Part shown: one piece after another, positions 42,101 through 51,100 of the stretch | Layout: every line of letters begins with the position of its first letter | Position numbering within the stretch: the stretch's first letter is position 1 | Assembly: GCA_043813605.1 (NCBI GenBank) | Contig: JBDRKX010000047.1 | Coordinates: 64,001-128,000, forward strand | Origin: Elusimicrobiota bacterium | GTDB lineage: Bacteria > CG03 > SLGR01 > JBDRKX01 | Direction of reading: 5' to 3' | DNA length: 64,000 bases | Notes under the pieces: generated by a model | Databases searched by the model: none | Told to the model about the DNA's origin: nothing | The model's input: only the letters and a program-made list of their open reading frames with translations | Program-made: the position numbers and the translations under genes

Positions 42101-45100
42101 TAGAAAATCCCATGTAGTATCTGCTATCTCTGCCTTATTTACTGTCGCAGGCGGTGTTACATCGTCTTTTGTGCCTTCGAACATAATGACCGGACATTTT
42201 ATCCTGGAAAGGTCTACCAGTTTCATCTCATGACCTATTTGTATCTCCATCTCGCCTTTATAGAGCTGGTTACCCTTGAATATCTTGTCAATACATTCCA
42301 GGTACCAGAGTGACAGGTTGTTAGTTGTATAGAACCATTTGATAAAATGTTCCGCCCGGGCAACATATTTCTCGTCATCGATATTATCTACCAGGTTCTG
42401 CCAGAAATCGATCTTCTTTGATTTACCTCCGTCAGGACCCATGTTAAGGAATCCTTCAAGCTGGCTCTCGCCATCATAGATATTCTCACGGCCGAACCCG
42501 TGTACCAGCCAGTTAAAAAAATCTTCCGGAGCTTCTTTTGATACCCTCGTTATATCGTTATCTCCGAGTGTAGCGTGAAGCGGAGTGCCGGCAATATACA
42601 AGGCTTCGACTTTTTCCGGATATAATGCGGCTACTATTGCCGCTACCCAGCCTCCCTGACAGAGACCCGTTAACTGAACTTTACCGCCAACAGCGTCTAT
42701 TGACTCGACTACATTGTGTACCATGTCGGTAATCAGCTGGATATCGTCCGGAGTCGCGCTCTTCCAGTCTATAGAATATGTAGGCTGGCCTTCGTTCTGG
42801 AATGTCTGAACAATACTCTTACCGTCAGCATCATCTGCTATTGTAGAGCGATGACCGGAATTCGGCGGTACTATCAGCATCGGGATCCGGCTCATATCTA
42901 CACTGTGGTCTTCTGATACGGTGAAATCCCTCAGCATGAAACTGGATTTATCTATTATTACTTCGTTATCCGTAAACCATTCGGGCTCCTTAAATTCCAC
43001 CCTATTAAGAAACTCAAGAGCTTTTTTTACTTTACGGAAATAATCGTTATACGGTGCCCAGAACCCTACCCATGGTTCATATACCGACTGGCGCCATAAC
43101 CTTTGCAGATCTTTCGATTCTTTGGTCCAGGGAATAAAGTATTCTACAAAAGGAAATCTGGAAAAGAACCTGCCGAGATTCCTGCGGCCGGCTTTATACA
43201 TATCCTCATTTTCTTTGCGAAGACGGGCAGCTTCAACAGCTTTTTCTTCATCTGTCAGCTTGATGCCCGCCTCGACTTTGGCCCAGAGCGGTCTAACCAG
43301 GGTATCAAACAGGTCTTGCCGGATATCCTTTTCGTGATGGCCTCTTATAATATCACCGTCTTCATGTTCGAGTATAAGGGAAAGCGTGGTCTTTTCATAT
43401 TCCGTTTCAACCGCATCGAGCATGTTTATGTGCAGATATATGGATTCCCGGCCGGCGCCGCCGTGGCCGAGTATACGCCCTTCCGAGAAATGGTTTCCTT
43501 CAGAAAGCAGAACTACAAGCCTGCGGTTTTTAAGAGTATCCTGTTCAGTCTTCTGTCTTGAATGAAGAAGCGTCCGCAACCGGTCTTTCAAATGCTCGAT
43601 GTCAGAACGCGCCAGGTACTCCGTCAGAGCTTCTTCTGCCCTCTTACGCGCCCAGTCAAATTCATAGTCCATTGAATCAAGCAGGTTCCGGGCTGTTTTG
43701 TTCAAATCGTCCGCAAAGAGCGATTCTATGTCTGTCGCTGTAAGTCTTGCAGAAAGGCTTATTGCAAGTCCTCTGGTTATACTGTCTTCTATTATCTTAT
43801 CTGCTTCTTCCGCAGTAACACCGGATTTCATCAGGTTCTTGCCGGTACCCAATGCTTTTGAGATCTCTGTCTTTTCTTTTTCTATGACTTCAGGAATTTT
43901 GCGAGGAACCTTAACAGGAATTTTACGAGGGATTTCAGGGGAAACAGCTCCTGCTGCGCGGAGAGCGAGGTTTTTTAGTACATCTTTGAATCCGGATATT
44001 ATCTCTACAGGTATGTTAATAACACCTGTCGCAACAGAGTCAGGATTCATCAGTTTTGCGTTACGGATCAAAACCTGATCTTTATGAACAGGGGTATTTG
44101 TAAGGAGGTACCCGTTAGTTTTTATTCCTGCCGCATTGAGAAGAGTCTGTACACTCCTGATACTCTTACCGTCATCAGTCACATAGTCATCCAGGTGCCC
44201 CTGTCCGCAGAAGACAGCGATTCTTGCCGAAGGATCCTTATTGTGAAGTTTCTTTATCTCCCTGGCAAAATACCTGTTACGGCCGTTAGTGATTAACCTT
44301 TCTCTTATTCTGGGTATTGCAGCAATAGCATCCGTATCAAAGAAATGGTTTAATCCGGGTATCATCTTCTCAACTATTTTCCAGAAAAGCATAAGCGGCA
44401 TATCCATATTTACTATTTTTATACCGGCGGCGCTTGCCGCTTCATATATCAATCGATAGAATTCAGGGCCGGATTCCCATATTCTCTGCTCACTGAAACC
44501 ATGTCCCTCAAAGCAGAGGTACTTAACTCCTGATTCATTTAAATCCTCCATAATACTCATCAGGTACATCGGGTGAGTCATGTTCTTATGATAGTCGCCG
44601 AATATCACTACGCGGGCATCATCTATAAGTTTTTTTACATCAGCGCTCTCTATTTCGGTATTCCTGTAGAAATCCGCCGCTTCAGGATCGGCACCTTTAA
44701 AGAGTTTTTCAAAGAGCAATACCCAGTTAACCCTCTCACTTGCCTGCACCATATCATAGAATCCCCGGAAACTGCCGGATAAGAGATTCTCTTTCTCTGT
44801 TGTTGAAAGACCTGCTAACTTTTGTGTCAGTTTACCGAAAAAGATCAGTCGGGAAAGCCGAAGCGCTGAATTGGAACTCCTGTAATCATATATTGACCCG
44901 CTCCAGATATCCGTTATCTTTTTTATATCTTCTGTTTTTAACGAAGGCAGCCTGTCTATTATCTCCTGAAGAGAAGGGTCCAGTTCAGCCAGTTCTTTAA
45001 GGGAATCATTGATTATCCTGTAATCACCGGCAGGATTTATAGCTGTCTCGACCATATCAGAGATGACTTTTACAGGTATTGTCACCGGACCAACCGTATC

Positions 45101-48100
45101 TATCAGCCTGTCTTTGATAACAGGCAGTATCCTGTCAGCCGATATCTCTTCTTTTTCAATACCCGGTATCTCTTCTTGTGGAACGATATCAGCTTTAATA
45201 GCTTTTACGATGATCATACCAATGCCTGTTGCTGTCCCGTCAAGCACACTCTTGAAAAAGTCACTATCAATAAACTGATCGAGAGCCGTCACATCACCTC
45301 TCTGTCTCTGTTCGATATTTACATTATTCAGGAATCCGGAATCCCGCGATTTCCTCACGACAAACGGTATAACAGGATTCTTTATGGCACGGAATTCTGC
45401 CTTCAGTTTGCCTTCCCCGGCAGATTTCTCAAGTAACGCGTTCACTACATCCGTTATCCTTCCTTTCTGTTTCCCCGGTATCCCCCTGAACTTAGGATTG
45501 ATCATGATCCTGTCAATTATAAGCATATCAGGATCATCAACCAGGTTCACGCCGCCTATATCGATATTTTCCGCATTGTATATCCTGTGATTATAAAGCC
45601 CGGCCGCCATAGGGACGAACCTGAGACCGTAAGTCTCGACTATAAATCCTTTCTCAGATAATTTAACTATCTTTTCAGGATATAATCCCTCTTCTTTTTT
45701 TATAATTTCCTGCAGCTCAAACAACGGAATAGAGTCAATATGTTTCTTTTTGAGGTGCTCCTTGAACCCTTCCGGCGTCCCGTCAGGTTCAATACCATAA
45801 TAATTGTATCTTTCCGTCACATAATCTATCAGCAATTTTAAAAATAGAGTTTTTCTCGCAAAACCTTCAGGCAGTTCATCTTCCTGGGCTTTCATTATGA
45901 CTGACTTGTGTATGACAATGACATTTTTATCATCTATTCTTGCTATTTCTGCCAATCCCAAAGACTCTTCTTCCTTGAAGATCTCAGTCACAAGTTCTTT
46001 TTTACTGATCTTTACTTCAAAATCGGTCAGTTCAAAGAACATCGACATAAACAGATGCAGCCCTTCAGTACCCAGCTCTCCGGTACTCATGAGATCATCC
46101 ATATCGTCAAAAAGAGAGCTCGTGGTCTTACCTGCCGTAACAGGTATAGAAATAGAAGCTACTGCTTCTTCATGATGTTCAAGAAATTTGTCGATAAACA
46201 GGGAGATATTGTTTATATCGGTCCTTTTCACTCCAGCAGATTCTATCGTATTGTAAAAATCTTTAAGGATAACCGGATGCTCTGCCAGCGGCCGGCTCAT
46301 CAGTTCCGTCATGATATAGATCATATCTTCTTCGACAGGATATTTCTCGACAAGCTCGATTTGAGCAGTAGTAAACGCTACCAGCTGTTCTAATCCGAGG
46401 TTGAGAGCAATAAATTCGACGATTTTTAAGTCATTACGGTCAATAAGGTTTTTCCTGAAAAGTATGTTAAGTATATCTATGATCCGCTCAAAACCGGGAG
46501 CAGTAAAAGTACCCGGCATATCATCCGGATAAGACTCATATAAACCTTTTTTTATTATTTCGTGAATGATCTTTAGATCTTTGTCCTGGATATAGTTTTC
46601 TCTTGCAAGATTGTTAAGTATAAGAAACGTGCGGTAATCTTTTATAAACAATGCGTATATAGAGTTCTTTTTTTGCCTTTCTATGACATAATCCATCATA
46701 AGTGTTCCATTACCCTCAAAATCTCTGCCTCTTATCATCTCATAGGTCATCTCTGTATCAGAATCAAGGTTTTTAAGGTTCTGCATGATAAATGAGACTT
46801 TTTCTTTGAGTTCATTACCCGTATAACCACTGTCAGCGGTCATTTTCCTTATATCATCTTCTTTCAATTCCTTAAACTCAATGATCGATTTTTTTATTTC
46901 TTCTATACTCAAATCTTTATATAATTTGCTCGGCCTGTTCTCCCATGTGTTGAACAGGAATTCATTAAAACCCATCTGCGTGTCAAAAGCCACATCATGA
47001 TCGAATCCGACAGGTACACCGTCAACCATAACCATATTGCTGTCATGCGGATCCCATTTGCGTATCAGGACATTGAATACAAACATAGCCGCTGCCGCTT
47101 TGTCGTAATCATTGTGTACGAATTCTCTGTATCCGGCGCCAACTGTCCTCGTAAGATAGAATCCTTCTTCACTGCTCCCTATCCCGAATTGTCTCAGATT
47201 TTCTGCTTCATCATTACTTATCGTCCTTATCTCCGTCGTATTTACCCTGCCTTTTCCGATAAGGTAAGCGAGCATCTCTCTCCTGTAGTCGTTCTTGTTC
47301 TTGTGATATCCATGGCCGCCGGACTTGAGCTTTTTTACTATAAAGTTTTTATTGCCTTCATTTACCTGAAACTCCCAGGTGCCGTCCTCGATCGGATTTT
47401 TGCCGCCATAGACATATCTCGGTTCAGGTTTCTCTGCCGGTACCTCTTCTTTAAACTCTTTATCTATCTTCTTCAGGATTTCTGCCGCCGCCTGACTGAT
47501 ATTCCCGTTTTCTTCATAGAACCCCCGCAGATACTGTCTAATATAAGCCTGCTCTTCAGGATTTACGCTGTCGTGATACTGGATCATCCTGTCCGTTTCG
47601 CCGGACACAAGTATTCCGGCTAATTCCTCTTTATACGGATTCGCTATTGTCTCTTTCAAACCCCGGGCATCAGAGAAAAGCAGGGCGATTCTAGGGTCAC
47701 CTTTTAAAATAAGTTTAGACAGACTGTCGCCTATATCCTGAGAATAGATCTTTTTATTAAGTTTTATATCTATACTGCCGAGAGTGCTGTTCATGCCGAA
47801 TATGACTGCCGGGGTACCCATTTCAGCCATCTGAGACGCGTCCACATGGTCAGAAGCATGAATGATCTCTGTTACCCGCCTGATACCGGGAATTACATAT
47901 CCCGGTATGCGGTCAGGATGGTGATGGTAGAATACCGCAAGTTTTATGGAAGCAGGGATCTTTATTCCTTCTGTTTCCAGCTCTTTTTCGATGATAGCTA
48001 CCGAATCGAGCGCATGGCCCAGAACATCTGTACCGCTTTCGTATTCCCTGTAATTCTTTCTGGTCTTTGATATATCATGTATCAAGGCAGCTATCTCAAG

Positions 48101-51100
48101 CGCAGTCTTCTCCTGTCCGGTGATACCCAGTTCTTCTGATATTATTGAAGAGTATTCCCTCACACGCTCGATATGGCGATGCCTGTGTTCTATACTCCCG
48201 AAAAGCGCGCGGATCTTTTCGGATATTACGGAGACATCTCCGTTTATGACAAACCGTTCATTTTCAGGTGTATTATTATATTCGGCTATCACTTCGGCGA
48301 TCCTGGGTATTATATCCGGATTTATTCCGCTCGATGTCATCATCCTGGATATCTGCGCGATCTCTTCTTTTATCGGATCAGCTATCTCTGCCGGCTCCAC
48401 TACTTCAACCGGCGGTTGTTCAACAGTTTCCGGTTCTTTTTCAGTTTTTTCAGGTAAAATCTGTGGGCGCTGTATTACACGGGCAGGTCTTTGCAGAAAC
48501 TGTCTGTAAAGAAAATAGCTCATCCCTATACCGCCTATCACTCCGGTTGCAACAGCGGAAACTGCCATAGCTGAAGCCGCCAGAGCCCATACAAGTACTG
48601 CTGAAACAGCTACTATACCGAGCGCGATCAGGACATTCCTGTATTTTGCAGTAAATCCCGGTTTTCTTCTTTTCTTTGTAAGATCACGGATATCCGCCGG
48701 GCGGGCGGAGACAGGTGTCTCTTCTATTTCACCTTTTTCTATCTGTACAAGAAGTTTTTTCAACCGTTCTGATTCCGTATATGTTAATCCTTTCTCACCC
48801 ATACCTATCTCGGCATTATAGCCCTGGAAGAGTCTGACAGTCTGGTCGCCCGACTCTATCAGATCACTCAGTATTTCTTCTATCCGCGTGGTTTCAGCAG
48901 ATATTTCTGAACCTAGAGCAGGAAACATATCAGAATTCCTCATAATAGCCGTAACCGCATACGGATTGTATATATACAGTCCGTCGGATGTTTCCAGCAG
49001 TTTAATATCGTTGCCTGTACTCTCTATCAGGGTTTTTAATGCTGTTTTCTCTGAAGCGGTTATCTCCTTCGAAACATCTACCCTGCTGAATGGCCTGGTT
49101 TCAGGCGAAATCACCGTTATCATGGCATCTGGATTGAGGACAATTTGTGTTTCCTGGTCTTTCTGTGCATTTTGCAGTTTGGTGAATGCTTCTCCGGCAT
49201 CGTGCATTATTTTCTCTTCAAGGAGCCCTTCTGCTACCCGGACAGGTATTATCTCTACATCATTTTCACCTTTGACACCTACCGTAAACACCTCATTACC
49301 CAGGCTCAACGGTAAAATGGTTTTCCCGTTATAATCGACAAATTCGTTCAGATGGAAGATGAATTTATCTTTTTCTCCTGCAATCGCCCTGTTTTTAGTG
49401 CGCATTTTATTGAACCTGTTCCACCATTTGAACAGAAAATCGTCAACCTTATCGGCAAATCCGGCACTCTCATACCCGGATTCCTTCAGTTCCTGTCTTA
49501 TAAAAGCGCCCAAACCCCTGACAACAACGCGTTTTTTGAACCATTCCATCGGCTGGAACGAAGAAACTGCAAGTTCTCTCATAAAAGCTTCTTCAAAACT
49601 CAGTTGCTCACCACCCCTGAGAAGCGCATAATACCTGCTCCGGTCCTCTTCGGTATATGCGGTTACCCTCGGTTTGATCACGGTATATGAAATCCCCTCT
49701 TTTTTAAGCTGTTCGCTGATACCGTATGAATGAAAACCACCGGCTATCATGGCCAGTATCTTATCCTTGTCGTCAGAACTGCTCACAAATTTCTCTACAA
49801 AAGTCTCATCCCTTTTGCATGCCGTATCGTAAAAGACCGCCATACTCTCCATATATGGTTTCAGTTCGGCGAGCAGAGGTTCGATCGCTGCCAGTTCTTT
49901 AGGACATTCCTGGGCCAAAAGGCCGAATTCCGACTCGAATTTATCCGCTTTAGTGTAAAACCCGGCCAACTCTTCACGAGAAATCTGGTTAAGCAGGTAT
50001 CTCACAAGTACCTGCAGATAATCGGCCACAAAGAGGTAGGCTCTCTCCGCATCAGTTGTACACAGCCCGTAAGAGAGCGCTTCAACGATCTTGTCTTCCT
50101 CTTTCATTATGTTGTAGGAGTTACCCTCTTCATACTGCTGACGGCATTCTATGTATTTTCTGAGATTAGAATAGGCGCTGTCACTGTTAACAAGACGAGC
50201 CATCTCCTGCTGAACCGCTTCAGGGGCACGGAAATAATCTGCAAGTTTGCTGAAAGCGGCGGTAAATGAAGGTTTATCGGCATGTCTCGACTCTATTGTC
50301 TTTATGAGACGGATATATTCTTTGTCGACTTTACCGTAATCTATAGTACTCTCTTTTTTCGCCAATGAGATGAAGCGGGCATATTCCGGCGATATGCCTC
50401 CGATCGTCATACCGAGCTTCTCCGCCCAGTATTGAAGGTTCTTGTGATATACCGGCGCGGTCATCGTATTCTGCATATACTGGTAATATTTTGTCCGGAA
50501 ACTCCTCAGGTCACTGCCGCATACTTCCCCTTCAACAGTCTTCAGTATATATTTCACCCTCTCGAGGACTTCAACGAAATGGTTTCTCTGGCCCAGTGAC
50601 GAAACCAGTATATCCCTGTCCCTGTCATAAAGTTCCTGGTCTTCCAGTCCGTAGAGAACGGGTTTTTTCCGGCCGGCGGCAAATGCTTCAGAACCGGTGA
50701 CAAACCCCTTGGCGGTAAAATAATCCAGCACATCCTCTTTGATCCCGTTTTCCGGTATAGATGAGAGGAGCGAAAGGTCGATTACAGACGAACTTCCTTC
50801 TATACCGGCTTTTGAAATGCCATATTTACTGTCAATATGCTCAAGTATCTTCCTTATATAGTTCTGTACTTCGTAATTTGCATGCAGATCCTGCAGTATC
50901 ACCACCCTTTTCAGTGATTTCCCGGAATCATAAGCATCTACCACACTGCCGAGTTCCACCGGTATTTCTATCGGAATCAGAACTATCTTGTTCATGCTGT
51001 AATTGATATACTGCGCCGCATACGTATAATCGCTGAAAACGTATACGAATACGAATGACAACACGAGCATCCAGCTTGTGAACTTTATGTATATGCTGTT

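Noticed and set aside
45380..45620. Possible second GNAT domain (IDRIMINPKFRG)
   Set aside because: Only one partial motif, and the following residues do not fit the acetyl-CoA loop well.
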